From Eledone cirrhosa (lineage: Eukaryota), in the NCBI GenBank assembly GCA_964016885.1, contig OZ024743.1, positions 239,320,001-239,384,000 on the forward strand: DNA of 64,000 nt, read 5' to 3'. Numbering within the stretch: the first letter of the stretch is position 1; every line of letters begins with the position of its first letter. A model generated the notes under the pieces. It saw only the letters and a program-made list of their open reading frames with translations, ran no database searches and was not told the DNA's origin. Below are positions 37,251 through 51,900 of the stretch, in pieces. Made by a program: the position numbers and the translations under genes.

Positions 37251-39350
37251 CTAAATATAGACGGTGCTGCAAAGTTTTTTGGGCCAGTGGACCCTACGAC
37301 CTGAACGGGTCGTGGTCTTGTAACGTGGTGATGGTGGTGGTGTAGGGACAGGCGATGATGGTGGATCAGGAACAGTCGTTCGCTCAACAGGCAAGTACGA
37401 AGGGGTTCGTGGATCAGGAACCACAGCGTCCGTATCAAGGTGCGCCTGCTTAAGCCTGTCTAATGTAACTGTCACCCTGGACCCCTTAATATCTAACGTG
37501 AAATGCTTAGCCGGGCGCGCTAAGACACGGTAAGGTCCAGTGTAAGGCTGTGTGAGCGGGGGCTTCACCGTATCATTCCTTACAAAGACATGCGTCCACG
37601 AGGCAATATCCCTCTGGACAGCAGTCTTGACAGTTTGTTTCCTAGTGTCCATTGGCGGCAAATCCTGGAAATAGGAGCGCAAACGGGACACGTAGGAAGC
37701 GTGATCTTGGGCATCAAGATCGATAGGGGCAAGCATTTGCCCGGGCAACGTCAGAGGGGCACCGTACAGTACTTCGGCCGGTGAAAATCCAAAGTCGACC
37801 TTCACCGTTGACCGAATCCCTAGTAGCACAATAGGAAGGTACTCGCTCCAATGCGCCGAGTCCATTGAGGCCATTAAGGAGGCCTTCAGTTGGCGGTGAA
37901 AACGCTCCACCATACCATTCGAAGCGGGATGGTATGCCGTAGTTCGAATGCGTTTAGCACCAATTATTTTTGACAGCTCGAGGAAAAGGCTCGACTCGAA
38001 CTGTCGTCCACGGTCGGTAGTTATTGTGGATGGAACTCCATAACGAGAGATCCATCCAGACACAAGAGCACGTGCTGTTGTCTCCGCGGTGATGTTTTTC
38101 AAGGGGATGGCCTCAGGCCATCTCGAAAAACGGTCAATGACGGTAAGTAGATAAGAAAAACCATCGCTGACAGGCCAAGGTCCCACTATGTCAATATGAA
38201 TATGCGAAAAACGCGCATCTGGGTTAGCAAAGGTACCCAGGGGAGCCTTGACGTGTCGATGGACCTTTGATCTCTGGCAAGCGACGCAGGAACGGCACCA
38301 AGCAGCAATTTCACGCCTCATATTTGGCCAGAAAAATCTAGCTGATATGAGCTTTGCTGTGGCAGAAGATCCTGGATGCGAGATACAATGTAATCCCAGA
38401 AACACGGTCCGACGATGATTCTCTGGAACGAAGGGCCTAGGCACGTCCAAAGAGACGTCGCAGAGAATTTGGCCAACTGCAGTCGACAGAGGCAAGTATT
38501 TCATCTCGCAATTCGCAAACTCGGGCGATGGTACATCCAATGACTCAAGGGGAGGCTGATCCGCAGCCAAACGAGTCAGATCTATGTCAGAGGATGACGA
38601 GATCGCTGTCACGGGCAAGCGGGACAAATCATCGGCCGCTGTATTTAGTGAACCCGGAATGTGCTGGATATCACTCGTATATTGCGAGATGAAATCAAGG
38701 TGTCTCGTCTCTCTGGGCGAGTATTTATCAGCCTTCGTTCTCAAAGCAAAAGTCAATGGTTTATGGTCAGTGAGGATAGTAAATTGTCTACCCTCTAGCA
38801 CATGTGAAAAATGTTTCACGGCCAAATAGATGGCTAAAAGCTCTCTTCCAAAGGTGCTGTAGCGCGTCTCAGCAGGATTTAGCTTTTTGGAAAAAAACTC
38901 CAGCGGTTGCTGGTAACCATTGATGTTTTGCTGTAGTACTGCGCCCACAGCGATATCCGATGCATCAACACAAAGCGTTAGCTTTGCACCGGGTACCGGG
39001 TGAGTCAGTAACGAAGCATTAGCCAAAACAGTTTTGGCGTGCTGAAAATCAGCAAGTTGAGTGTCTGTCAAAGAAATATCTTTGTTCTTCCTCCGACAAT
39101 TTTTCAAAATTTCTGTCAGGGAGAAAAGCAACTTGGCACAATTTGGCACGAAACGCCTATAAAAGTTAACCAGACCTAAGAACTGGCGTAACTGACGTAG
39201 TGAGGTCGGTGGAGGCAAATCCTCTATGACCTTAACTCGCTCAGGCCGGGGTCGAATTCCGTCAGTATCGATGACGTGACCCAAGAAAGTCAGTGACTCA
39301 GCACCAAAAATACATTTGGGTGCATTAAGCTGCACGTTATACGCCTTCAA
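37251..39350 (-). CDS. pol: Gypsy pol fragment: RT C-terminus/thumb, RNase H, integrase (699 aa open frame)
   Basis: KC.F....[72 protein letters not shown]. Lacks gag, protease and the YxDD motif. Confidence 0.9.
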   Translation of the reverse strand: MKAYNVQLNAPKCIFGAESLTFLGHVIDTDGIRPRPERVKVIEDLPPPTSLRQLRQFLGLVNFYRRFVPNCAKLLFSLTEILKNCRRKNKDISLTDTQLADFQHAKTVLANASLLTHPVPGAKLTLCVDASDIAVGAVLQQNINGYQQPLEFFSKKLNPAETRYSTFGRELLAIYLAVKHFSHVLEGRQFTILTDHKPLTFALRTKADKYSPRETRHLDFISQYTSDIQHIPGSLNTAADDLSRLPVTAISSSSDIDLTRLAADQPPLESLDVPSPEFANCEMKYLPLSTAVGQILCDVSLDVPRPFVPENHRRTVFLGLHCISHPGSSATAKLISARFFWPNMRREIAAWCRSCVACQRSKVHRHVKAPLGTFANPDARFSHIHIDIVGPWPVSDGFSYLLTVIDRFSRWPEAIPLKNITAETTARALVSGWISRYGVPSTITTDRGRQFESSLFLELSKIIGAKRIRTTAYHPASNGMVERFHRQLKASLMASMDSAHWSEYLPIVLLGIRSTVKVDFGFSPAEVLYGAPLTLPGQMLAPIDLDAQDHASYVSRLRSYFQDLPPMDTRKQTVKTAVQRDIASWTHVFVRNDTVKPPLTQPYTGPYRVLARPAKHFTLDIKGSRVTVTLDRLKQAHLDTDAVVPDPRTPSYLPVERTTVPDPPSSPVPTPPPSPRYKTTTRSGRRVHWPKKLCSTVYI

Positions 39351-39544
39351 TCGGCAGTATTAGTTATAGATGTTATCGCCACTTTAGCAGGGTGGTAGAA
39401 TCAGTGGTCGTTAGTTGCCAGTGTGGTAAGTGATAGTATCCTCGTTGGATTATCTTGTTGACATAGACGTGAGGGAAGGTCCCTCGATCTGTTTACCATC
39501 TATTTACAATATTCCTTTCGTCAGGTCGCCAATTCCAGCAGCAT

Positions 39545-39902
39545 GGATTAAAGATGTTATTGAGACACGAGTAACATAACAACGACTTCAACCGCAGTAA
39601 TTAGAGATGAAATGTTTGTTTATTTATATGGTTGAAGTTACAGATAAAAAGAGGTTACATGAGGGAATGTGCCATTGCGCCGTTAAGCCGGCGAGGCTAG
39701 TGGTGCAATATCTCACTGTTACATTATGCGTGTTGCTGGCTCGAAGTTTCTGGTACAAGCTAGAGATTCTTCAAATCTTCGCGGGGAATTTCTTCCTCAG
39801 GGCGCGTAGGGATACATCCTCTTCTACTGGCGCTGATTGGCTGAACTGAGCCAAATCACGCACAGAGAATGTATGTGAGCCCGCGGAATGTAGGTCACTA
39901 CA
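39545..39902 (-). repeat. Diverged internal third LTR-like segment
   Basis: agatgttattgagacacgagtaacataac...attagagatgaaat resembles the LTR. Ends cactaca followed by a PPT-like tcacctccaaccagattttc, as at 37015-37040. Confidence 0.6.
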
Positions 39903-41489
39903 TCACCTCCAACCAGATTTTCAGCCGAAAATCGATAACGAAAAAACCAAGGATCCACATATTATTAAATCAGCAAGAACAAATGGTGAAAGAGCACATC
40001 AGTGAAAAAATAATTGAGCAGAAGGTTGTATGCAAGAACAAAAAATGAGGCGCTACGGGCCGTGTTGAGCCGCTGTGTCAAATGACCAGTTGTTTTGTTG
40101 TTTATACGTGACCGCCAAAGGTCTAACAAAAAACGGATAAAGTCTGACATGGGCGAGGTTGCTGTTCTTGCATTAAATGTTAATGGTAAGCGTTGTACCA
40201 GTAGCTGTGAACGAAGCTATTATGGTAGTTTACCAGTGCTGGCGAGAAAATGATGGCCCCCCAGATGTATTGTCGAATGTGCTGTGGAGCCAGGAAAAAA
40301 TGGCTGGTTGCTTTGTAAAGAACAAAAGGCAAGTTTAATCTGTAGGTGGGTTGCAGTGTAAATTCCATAATTCGGGCGAATCCACAGAAGTGGCCGAAAT
40401 GCTAACAAGTCCAGTTCAATTTGTTGCTTTCCCAGCGAGTCGGGCAAAAACAACAAGACGGATGGCCGTCATGGACGATCAGTGTGCAACGAGATGCGAA
40501 GCTGTTCGAGTTCAGCTGCAATGTATTCTCGTGTTGCGGTGCCTGTTTGAATCCAGTGGATTAAGCTCTGTGAGCTGCTAGCATGTGACAGCATCTCAAC
40601 CAGGTGAAAAGGGACTCACAGAATATTACGCTTGAAGAACATATACCAAGAACAACATGTTGGTGTGTGATAAAAAAAATGTGTGCATATGCAGGCATGT
40701 AAAACAGCAAAGAATGTGAATGAACAAAAACCATGAGCAAGCAAATAGCAAAAGAGCACAAAACAAGTAAATGCATTCTACAAAGAAATATGTGAATGTA
40801 ACAAACTGATAATTCAAAGTCAATCTAGGGGAGCAGAGAAATTGCTCAATAAGTTCAAAGTTTTTCAAAGTCAAATAGTTCACACATCACCAGTGTACAG
40901 ACACTAGTTCTATCTGAAAACTGAAAAAGAAGTTTATTAATGCCGTTAGGGGTTAGATGTATGGTGTTTTGTGAGATTTCGTGGCCATTTTCCCGCCCCG
41001 CCACACGGTTGTGTGGCTTCTTGTTAAAGCAAAGTCAAAGAATCTTCTGTAGAGTAGGAGTCACCAAATATGGCAGTCACGTCTGACGCCATAATGGTGA
41101 GAAAACTACTGTCTCAATTTCTCGCGTCCCTGTGGTAACGAGACAGAAGGTATGGTGGTTGCGTCGGTAAAGTTACAAGCCGTTTTGAAATTTCCGATGT
41201 GTGGTGGTTGGCGTCGGTGAGGTTATGAAGCTGCCACTCACTGTTCCCTGTATTGGTCAGTGGTTAAACAACGCTGTCGCTGCTGCTGTCATTGTTGTTG
41301 TCAAGCGTAGCCATGACATGTCGGTAGCCATCTTGAAATTTTTTCGTGGCGAAAAAGATTTTGAAATACTGCTAACTTTTCAAAAATCTTAAAAGGAATA
41401 TTCTGGATTTTCGCAAGTTGCGACGTGGCAATAAAAGTTAAACTGAATGAATAAGAAGGGCTGCGTGATATTCTTACGCCGGTCACCAC

Positions 41490-41715
41490 TTTAGCAGTAT
41501 TAGTTGTAGATGTTATCGAGATGCAAGTGACATAATAACAGCAGAAATTAGAGATGAAATATACGTTTATTTTTTGTTGTAGCACAAACAATGGTGTTGT
41601 ACAGAGGCTGGTATCTGGCGTGTGATCCGTCGGCTTTCCAGTGGCTGTCTGTCTTTTCTTTCTGGCGTTCTCAACCGGCGTTGTTCTATCAAGGAGCGTG
41701 AGGCGTCTTACTACA
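41490..41715 (-). repeat. 5' LTR
   Basis: Matches 36794-37019 and is followed by the PBS-like TGGTGACC. Confidence 0.92.
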
Positions 41716-44700
41716 GTATCATACCAAATATTGACATTTGGTGGGTACTATGTGGATTTGTAAACCACGAAACAGACTATATAATATCGGTAGGTAAGTC
41801 CTCCGGCGACCTATTCAGCGGAATTAGCCTGGAAGTTCTGGTCCAAATGACACCAGAACGAATAGTTAGGATCCCGGAACGTGTGTTGCTGGATGGACTT
41901 ATATACATAAACATTTCGGTCGAGGGTAGGCGGCCTTCATGTTACCACTGCTCAAACAGGGGTCACCTGAGATCCTCCTGTCCTCGGCTAACTAGCCAAA
42001 AAAAGGCACTACTGCCAACATCTGCAACACCAGCACAACAATCACCACCACCACCACAACATCAACATAAAAAAATAGTGACAACAAAACAAACGACAAA
42101 CACAGTCCCACCCAACCCATCCCCACCTAAAACAACTCCAGAAACACCTACACACATAACAGCTCCCCAAACTGCACCTCTCCCCAACAACACAGATGAG
42201 GCCTCATCCTCGTCACACGATGGCGATGAGGGAGAGCCTTTCTGACCAGTAAAAAGAAAAAAGAAAAGACATAACACAAACAAAAATGCAACAAACACAC
42301 AAACACCAACACAAGTGACGCAAACAGCACAAACAAAAACACCCCTTCCTGAAAACAAAACACCTACTACAAAACGTAAACACACACAAGAACCACAGAC
42401 AAAAAACAACCCAACACAACAAAACTGTTACACCTACATAAATACTAACAATAAAACTTTAACAGGCTCCATATATAAAAACCCTTCGGTGGATACCGAA
42501 GGGAAAACTTTTACACACTCTTCAGAGAATCCTAATCTTAAAATGATTAGGACCTCCATGGACACACATAAACAGTTAAAAGAAAGATTTCCTAACGACG
42601 TAGGTAACCCCTGCGTCAAACCCTACAATCGAGTCCTGTTAAAATGTTTCCCCACCCCCACCCCATCCCACCAGGCACCCCCTCCCCAGCAAACATCTCT
42701 GTCCCCACCTCTCCAGAGACCAGCACCCCACCAAACAACCCCCTCCAACACTCCCATGGAAATTGTGCAGCCTGGTCGCCAGGAGACGAAGAGGTGAGTG
42801 TTTTCTTTTCCTCTTCTTTTAACTTTTCAGCACCAACATGGCCAATATAAGAGTTCGATGTGTGAATGTACGCAGCTTAGGGATGCCCTGGAAACAGGGC
42901 AAACACTTAAACGACCTCAGGTCGCACAGTATGGATGTAGTAGCAATTTGCTAGTCCATGATCCACAGCGAGCGACAACTGGCCCCCTTCGACGATTTTG
43001 AGATCTACGCATCTCTCTGTCAGCCAGGAGATGAGGGTGGGGTTGCCGTTTTGCTGCGGTAGTACCTGGACTTCGTAACACAGACGGTATTCAGATCACA
43101 AATTAGTGACCTACTAGGTCAACCTCAACAAAACCCATAGACTGGTACCCGGCTACTGGAAGCTGAACTTGTCGTTACCGACATGCAAAGCCTACAGTAG
43201 ACGGATTAGCACTTTAGTTAAGCAGCACTTGACGGGGGCCATTGTCAACAACAGATGGTGGTACTCTCTCAAGAGGCCAGTTAGATTAGACTCGATATGT
43301 TTTAGTAAAGAATTATTGTTAGATAGAAATAAGACCGAAAAGGAACTGGTAGATAAAGTAGAAGAGGCACTTAGAAGAGGCCACGTAGCCAGCGTGCTAG
43401 CGACGAGAACGGCCTTGGACCAGTTCTTCAACGCAAAGCAAGAAGGCTGCGTTGTCAGAAGCAAAATACGTGCTCTGGGAAACGAGGGAGCCAAAGCAGT
43501 TAGCTGGGCCCGAGTGACGTAGGCGAAAAGTTGCAACAAGTCCACGATCCGGTCTTTGAAGGACCAAGACGGACGCGTAATACGTGAGCCGAAGGTAAAG
43601 TGCGCGGCCTTTCAGCGACACTTTGCTCAATTGTTTGGGCAGGGCGGCGCACCGGGAGGGGCTATGGATTTCGGTTCATACCTCGACGGCCTACTGCGAC
43701 TCTCGGACAGCGAGGCGAAGTTCTGCGAAAGGCCGATTTCGGCCGCTGAGATAGGGGACGCGCTGAGCCAATGTGGCAAACGCAAATCTCCAGGTCTCGA
43801 CGGTCTACCCTACGGATTTTACGTAGCAATGCCGGACTTGTTCTCCGGTCTCCTGTTCTCAGTTCCGTGACCAAGGGCGTAATCACGTTAGTCAGGAAGG
43901 ACGAGAACAAGGGGTATGACATAGGCAACTTCCGGCCCATAATGCTGCTCAACACAGACTTACAGATTTTGGCAAAGGTGTTGGCAAAGAGGCTAGCGCT
44001 TCTCGTCGAAAACCTGGTGGGTGAAGCGCAGACATGCGCAATCCCGACCAGATCCATACACGACAAACCTCCACCTCATGCGATACATCATAGAGAGGAT
44101 AGGGTGTAAACCCGGCTTCGGTGGGGTCCTGATCAACTTGGATCAGTCTAAGGCTTTCGGTAGGGTTGACCATCGTTACCTGGACGCGATGCTCGAGGCT
44201 GCAGGTTTCGGACCCGTGTTCATGGGCTGGTTGCTGCAATGCACAGCAGCAACATCTGCTCAAGGGTCAAGGTGAACGGCTACTTCACTGAGCCGTTCCA
44301 TATCACGCGATCCATCCGACAGCGATGCCCTCTCTCCTCTCTTCTGTACGTACTGACTCTCGAGCTACTACTGCGGAAGTTGGAGCTATTGCAGGGCATC
44401 CCTTTGGAACCGGGACTGCGAAAAGCGGCGTCGGCCTACGCCGACGATTTGACTGTAATGGTGTCGAGCACGTCGCAAATCGGGGAGATCGGCACCTTAC
44501 TGGAGGAATACGAAAAGTTCACAGGAGCGAAGCTGAACCGGGACAAATCCGTCGGTTTGCAACTCGGAACGTGGAGAGGCAAACCGATGCCTTCCGATGA
44601 CGTCGTCGGATGCTGGACGGAACGACCGGTAAAGCTGCTGGGGTCTGGTTTGGTCCGGATCTCCAGGTGGAGAAGAACTGGAACGAGGTGACGGTCAAGG

Positions 44701-46169
44701 TGTTTGCGCTCACCCAGAAGTGGGACGAGTGCAAATTATCTTTAAAAGGTCGAGCGGAGGTGGCGACCACTTTTATAGCGTCCGTGATCTACTACTGCTT
44801 GACCGTCGTGCCTTGTCCAGCCAAAACGCTCACCAAAATGGAGCGCGCGCTCTTCCAATTCCTTTGGAAGAAACGGACTCCTTTGGTGAGAAGATCCATC
44901 TGCTGCCAACACCCTTCAAACGGATGGCTCGGAGTGCCGTGGCTGACGATGCGCAAACACGCGCTCAGGCTGCAGAACCTCTACGTATTCCTCACCAGAC
45001 AACCGGTGTGGGCGCCGTTCGTGAGGCAAGCCTTCCCACGACTCGTCTCGCTGACCGAGCTGCAGTCCTGGGTCAAGGAAAGACCGAGGAAAATGGGCGA
45101 CTGGCACATCAAATGTGCTCAGGCGCTCACAGTCCTCTGGCAAACGGACCCGGCGATCAGTGGAGACTCCACTTCGACATTCTATAGAGGGTTGGTCCGC
45201 AGCAAGTACGACGACAAACTCGGAGAACTCTAGGCGTAGAGGAGGACGAACTGGCCAGTCCGTTCGGTAGGACCTTTCGCTCGGGACTAATGGACAACTT
45301 CCAAAAGTCCCTGGCCTGGCAGTGCTATCGAGGAGTTCTACCAGTTCGAGATAAGCTCTACAGACACGGTCGCCCGGGTAGGGTCCCTGCGAAAAAGATC
45401 TGTCTGAGATGCGTGCGCGACGAGGAAACCGTCGTACACGCATTTTTAGTCTGCCCGGGCGTTACCGACCTGTGGGGCTATGTAGAACGACTATTGTCGC
45501 GGGTGGGACCAATCCAGTTGACCACCGAGTCCATTGTCATGATCAAACCGCCACCCTCCTTCAAAAATGAGGGAGAGGCGGCTTTCCTATGTGTTATGGC
45601 TATGGTGAACGAGGTTATATGGTGGACTAGGTTAAAAGGGCTGAGGTCAGACACCTTTCTCTCCGGCGAGCAACTGATTCGTTCTTTCAAATATCCTTTT
45701 TGAAGAAGAATGAGGATGGAGAGAGAGGTGCTGTACCCCGGCAAATTTTATAAAAAGGTGGGTGAATATGGCAAAGATGGCCCGAGTGGTTGGGCCTTCT
45801 CTCTATATAAGCCTGTAGGTTGGGGAAAAAGAGGAAGAGAGGGGAGTACTCACTCTTGGTGCTCCTGGAGATGTACATTTTTTCGGGGTGTGTACAACCC
45901 CTGTGTAACGCCTCCCTATTGAGGATTTCAATTGTTATTTGTTATTTTATTAATAGTTTTATTTTCATATACCTGTATGTAAACTCCCCATTTGTATTTG
46001 TCCCTTTCTTTTGTGCCCTTGTGGCTAATAAAGAAATTTATCTATCTATCTATCTATAAGCAACCCGGCAGTCACGTTAACAAAATAAAACAATCGAAAT
46101 CCCCAACAGGGGGTATTGTTGATTTCGATTGTTTTATTTAGTATGTATTTCATTATCTATAAATATTGT

Positions 46170-46262
46170 TAAATATGTTATTAGCCCCCCCCCCCCCGGT
46201 CACATCTTGCAATGTCCCATTTTTGTACGCCCTTGTGGCAAATAAAGAAATATATCTATCTA
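46170..46262 (+). mobile_element. Additional Tx1 3'UTR fragment
   Basis: gtcccatttttgtacgcccttgtggcaaataaagaaatatatctatc matches 46000-46050. Confidence 0.65.
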
Positions 46263-46374
46263 ACTTTTCAAGTTACACTTGGAAAGTAAGGATAGAGAGG
46301 AGAGGGAAGCACTGCGCCCACCCAGTCCAGTTGTTAAAAGAAGGGTAAATATATTTGTGTTTTACCATGGGCCT

Positions 46375-46660
46375 ACTCTAGTCAACGAAACAAACTTCTC
46401 GGGAAATTAACTGAACATTCCATAGACACATGTACTCGTAACATAATTCTCGAGGAGATTGAACCAGTACGTGGGAACACTGGCTCATGGAATTACAGGT
46501 ACACTCCATCAGACGAACATTTTCCATCTACTCTTTCATTCAGAAAGCATGGGTCAACATGGGCATATTGTAAATGACACATGCCCAAGATAACACGCAA
46601 TGCGATTGGAATAGGGACCTAATAATCACGAAGCGGATTTCTTAAACATTCAACTATGCT
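46375..46660. mobile_element. Degenerate SINE-like repeat (second family)
   Basis: ctgaacattccatagacacatgtactcgtaacataattctcgaggagattga... and gacacatgcccaagataacacgca resemble mollusc SINE bodies (recognition from memory). Confidence 0.4.
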
Positions 46661-46664
46661 GCGG

Positions 46665-46842
<178 letters not shown>

Positions 46843-47008
46843 ACGTCTTATATATATATATATATATATATATATAAGACGTCTTATATATTATTGTTCT
46901 GCATTCTCCTGCATTGAACCACCTAGGTACTATGACATAAACATAACCTGTATATTTGCTGGCATTAGCGTACATCTGTGCGCTTATGTTAGTAGATATA
47001 TTAAATTA

Positions 47009-47044
<36 letters not shown>

Positions 47045-47049
<5 letters not shown>

Positions 47050-47203
47050 ATACTTTTGGAGAGTCATGTTGCCAATAAGAAATACACGCACCACAAGCTT
47101 TCACTCCTAATTATTATAAAGTAAATTTATAAATTTAATTAATAATAAATTGGAGTGAAAGCAACTGGTGCGTGTGTTTCTTGTGGGCAACATGACCCTC
47201 CCA
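47045..47203. repeat. MITE-like inverted pair of the 34430-family terminus
   Basis: gagtcatgttgccaataagaaatacacgcacca..gctttcactcc / ggagtgaaagc..tggtgcgtgtgtttctt..ggcaacatgaccc. Confidence 0.75.
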
Positions 47204-47258
47204 ATGTGAAAATAGCCAGGAACCCGACGGCTGACCCCGGCCGTTTCGACAGGTAGAT

Positions 47259-47317
<59 letters not shown>

Positions 47318-47360
47318 AGTGTGTGTGTGTGTGTGTGTATATATATGTGTGTATATATAT

Positions 47361-48295
47361 ATCAACTAGAATTAGATTGACATATATATATATAAAATAA
47401 ATACATATTTATTTTATATATATATGTCAATCTAATTCGTATTTGACTACTGTGATTTACTGATTAATTGGTGAAATATATTTCTTACTTAAAGAAATAT
47501 ATTCAAAGGAGATTAATCATTTTAAAAGGTATCTATATGTGAAGTTATAATTAAACTTTAATTAGTTAACTACCTAGCTTTGTATGCTTACATTGTTTAC
47601 AGATTATTCCTTGTGATTTTTCCATGTATTTTTATATATATATGTCAATCTAATTCTAGTTGATATGAAATGCTCGGATCTATTCATTGGAATCTTTGAG
47701 CTTATTTTACAGTGGATATGACGCATGTCTTTCAGGCATGACAACCTTTAATTTAATTTTGGATATATACACGGCCCCTTGATTGTTGAGCTAATTCAGT
47801 TGAATGGACTCGGCTGCTATTTCTAGCAGTCGATAACCCTATTCACGCCACTGGGATGACGCTGTGCGATGTGTGTATTTTTTCTTTTTAATGCAACACG
47901 TGGTTCGAGTCATTCACAGATTTGCATTTGCTTTGTAAACGCAAATAGTTATTTCTTCTCCTTTGGTGACCATCCAGTATTTGACTACTGTGATTTACTG
48001 ATTAATTGGTGAAATATATTTCTTACTTAAAGAAATATATTCAAAGGAGATTAATCATTTTAAAAGTCCTAGTTAAACTTTAATTAGTTACCTACCTAGC
48101 TATGTGTGCTTTCATTCTTTACAAATTATTCCCTGTGATTGTTCCATGTATTTATTTTATATATATATATATGTCAATCTAATTCTAGTTGATATTAAAT
48201 GCTCGGATCTATTCATTGGAATCTTTGAGCTTATTCTACAGTGGATATGGCGCATGTCTCTCAGACATGACAACACTTAATTTAATTTTGGATAT
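47361..48295. mobile_element. Non-coding ~538-bp unit in ~1.6 tandem copies with a short inverted 5' piece, in (TA)n
   Basis: 47439-47770 repeats at 47977-48295. 47361-47405 is inverted relative to ~47625-47665. Confidence 0.7.
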
Positions 48296-48625
48296 ATGTA
48301 TCTATATATATGTATATATGTATATCCATATATATATATATAAAATTGAGATAAGAGGGGGAAGTAGGATTCAAACAATTTTTTTACCATTGGTAGACCA
48401 TCGGACTTCCAATCTTTTGTCAGGCGAAGCGGCAAATGGAATGAGTAAATATTTAAATTATATTTTTTATTTTTTTATTTATTTAAAAAATGTGAATCTT
48501 ACTTGCTCCGCTTATCTCAATTTTATAGTTCATGTATGTCAAATTGATACCATAGAACAACAACTGTATCATAGACACCCTATATATTTGCACGGGTACT
48601 TAGTACATGTGGCAATATTGATCTC

Positions 48626-48675
<50 letters not shown>

Positions 48676-48713
48676 ATATACATATCCTATATATATATAT
48701 ATATATATATATA

Positions 48714-48792
<79 letters not shown>

Positions 48793-48828
48793 ATATGTAT
48801 ATATATATCCATAGGTATATGTATATAA

Positions 48829-48897
<69 letters not shown>

Positions 48898-48902
<5 letters not shown>

Positions 48903-51900
48903 GAAAAAGTGGAGAATAACATGGTCAACAGTACAAAAAGGGGATTTATTTACAGTCTAACAATTGTTCCACTGATATAGATGTCGAAAAATTGCTGAAC
49001 ACTAGAAGCAGTGCCACTGAATTTTAAATACGATGTTAGCTCGATCAGATCTTCGGAAACTGTTATTGAAAATATATGTAACCGGCAAATTTACAAATTC
49101 AAATTACATCATCAATAATAATATTTATAATAATGATATAGAAAGAAAAGAAGGAAGAAAGGGAGATAGATACAGTAAAGAAAGAAAGGAAAGGAAAAAG
49201 AAAAAGAGAAAGAGAAAAAAGCGTTAACAAGGAAGGTCTTAACATAGTAAAAAAGCTTAAAATATCCGATAGAACCGAACCTCTAACCCCTTGTAAACCC
49301 ACTTTTAATCTGAAGGATCATAAATGAAACTTCGAAACTAACCCTACTATTAGATTAATATGTTCCTTCAAAATCAGATATAGGCAGAATTAGCAAGTTT
49401 ATACTAGATAGAATAATACCACAAATTAAAAAATAACTAATAATCAAACTCTGGGGTAAAACAAATGAAGCAATAGATTGGTTTAATAAATTAGACATTA
49501 GAAAATCTTCCGACTTTATACAATTTGACATAAATGACTCTTCTATTTCCCCAGTTACCCTAAATAAGGCACTATCCTTTGCACAAAAAGACTCTGACCT
49601 TTCACTTGATGAAATTAAAATAATACTAGCTGCTAGAAGAGCAATCATTAAATTCGACAATATTAACTGGGAGCGAAAAATAGACAGAATAACCTCGATA
49701 TAACTATGGGATCAAATGATTCAGCCCAAGTTACAGACATTGTCGGAATTTATATAGCACATTTCTTACATAGGGAATTTGATAACCTACAAGGAGGAAT
49801 CTATAGAGACGATACACTACTTTTAGCTGAAAACCTAAATAATCAAAACTTAGAAAGATTAAGGAAAAAGATTAGGAAATTCTTTAATAATTTAGGCTTT
49901 AACATCACTTTTGAACCCAACTCTAAAAAAGCTAACTTCGTAGATGTATCACTCAACCTTAACTCAGGACTAATCCCTTCCAGAAAAATAATGAAAATTT
50001 AGCTTACATTGATTATAACTCTAATCACCCTCGATCCATAATAAACTCCATAACACATAGTATATCCCTTAGAATCTCGCACCTATCTTCTAACCTAGAA
50101 ATTTTTAAAGAACACCCTAACTACTACATCATAGCTTTACTTAAGGCAGGCCATAAAGAGAGACTCAAATATATACCACATACAAAAAATAACAACACAC
50201 TTAATATTAATAGCACTATCCACACCTATAGAAGCAACAAATCTAGGACTAAACATAGAAATTGGCAACAAACACAAATTAAATGAACAGAATACTAATA
50301 TAAAGACCACTAATAACTATAGAAGATGCAGAAATAGAAACTACTTATGGTTCAATCCTATGTTTAACTCCTCTATAAAAACAAAACTACCTTACACTTT
50401 CTTCAAATTGGTTGACAAACACACTTCCCTAAAATTCATAAATATCATAAAATCTTTAATAGAAAAACTATCAATCTATCATACTCCACTGCCAACAACA
50501 TAGAATGGCACATACATAAAATTAACTATCAAAGAATTTATAATACATGTAGCCCACAAATAAGTACCATAATACAAAATACAAAACATAAGCATATAAC
50601 ATCATCACAACCAAACACACGCCAGAGAACAAAACATTAACAAAACCAATTCTCAGCCCACACATAACAACCTACAAAAACATATCGAAGAACCGGCGCA
50701 TAGAAAAGCATCTAAATGTAACTGCCATCTACCTGACAAATGCTCTTTACAAGATAGATGCCTAGAGACAAATATAGTATACCTATGTACTATAAATTCA
50801 GGTAGCTTAGCATGGCATTACATTGGTTCTACAGCTGGGGAGTTTAAGAAAAGGTGGTACGTAGATAGACACTCTATGATTAACAGGAATCTCTTAAATA
50901 CAACGACTCTCGCCAATAAAATCTGGCAACTCAAAGATGCAAACATGGAATATAAAATCAGCTGGACGAAGCTATCAAAAGCAATGGTCTATCAAATTGG
51001 TATGTCCCACTGCGGTCTCTGTAATATGGAGCTTTTCCAAATTTTAAATTACAACAAAATTCTTCTTATAAGTAAAATTGAAAGGACTATCTTTTGTCGA
51101 CATCGGCAACCAAATTTGAGAACTTTAGACCAGCTTAATTCCATCTTATCTATTCCATAACCGAGATTCTACCACTTGGATCTATTATGATATTACATTA
51201 TCAGCATCATCATCATTATGATTATGATTATAATTATAATTATAATTGTCACCATCTATCAAAGAACAACATCAAAACCTCTTATATTTACATTCTTATT
51301 TTATATATCTCTATCTTTCACTCTCTATCTTTATGTTTCTGTCCCTAAATTTATTTCATCTCTGTCATTCTATTTTATCATATAATATAACTTAAAGCTA
51401 ATTAATTAATTTATTTATTAAAATAACCAATACACACATAAATATATTTAAAATTATCATATTTTTACCTTCATATCTCTCCATATATTTTAACAATTCT
51501 CAAAAACCACTCTCAATAATTTTAATATGTTTAAATATTCTTCGCAAATTTTTACTTCTTTGGCATATTTATTTTCATTTTTCATTTTTCACATTTTATA
51601 CCATTTTATATCACATTAGATGTAATTTATTTATTTATTTTTTTTATTTATCAATTTTTTTAAATATATTTTTTATATATTTATTTTTATTTACATTTAT
51701 TCATGTATTAACGTTTATTCATTTATTTTTCCCTCTATTTTTCTTTCTATGCTTCGTTATTTTCACTTATGCTTGTCTCTCTGTCTATCATCATTTTCTA
51801 TATATTTTCTTCTCTTTATATGTTTTTTCTCTGTAATAATTTCTCCTTTTTCTTCTTCTTTTTCTTTCTCTTTTTCCTTCTTTTTAATTTTTCCTTTCCT

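Larger units (their letters stand above)
36794..41715 (-). mobile_element. Gypsy/Ty3-type LTR retrotransposon, non-autonomous/chimeric
   Basis: 226-bp LTRs at 36794-37019 and 41490-41715. TSD GTAT at 36790-36793 and 41716-41719. PBS-like tggtgacc directly after the 5' LTR (41488-41481). Contains a pol ORF. Confidence 0.92.
35640..46057 (+). mobile_element. Near-full-length decayed Tx1-type LINE, interrupted by a Gypsy element at 36794-41715
   Basis: ORF1 35843-36793 plus 41720-42797 has an Asn-rich region and zinc knuckle CYHCSNRGHLRSSC. ORF2 ~42837-45817 has WKLN, KSPGLDGLP, FRPIMLLNTD, LDQSKAF, AYADDL and CLRC..ETVVHAFLVC. aataaa plus (TATC)n tail. Confidence 0.88.
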
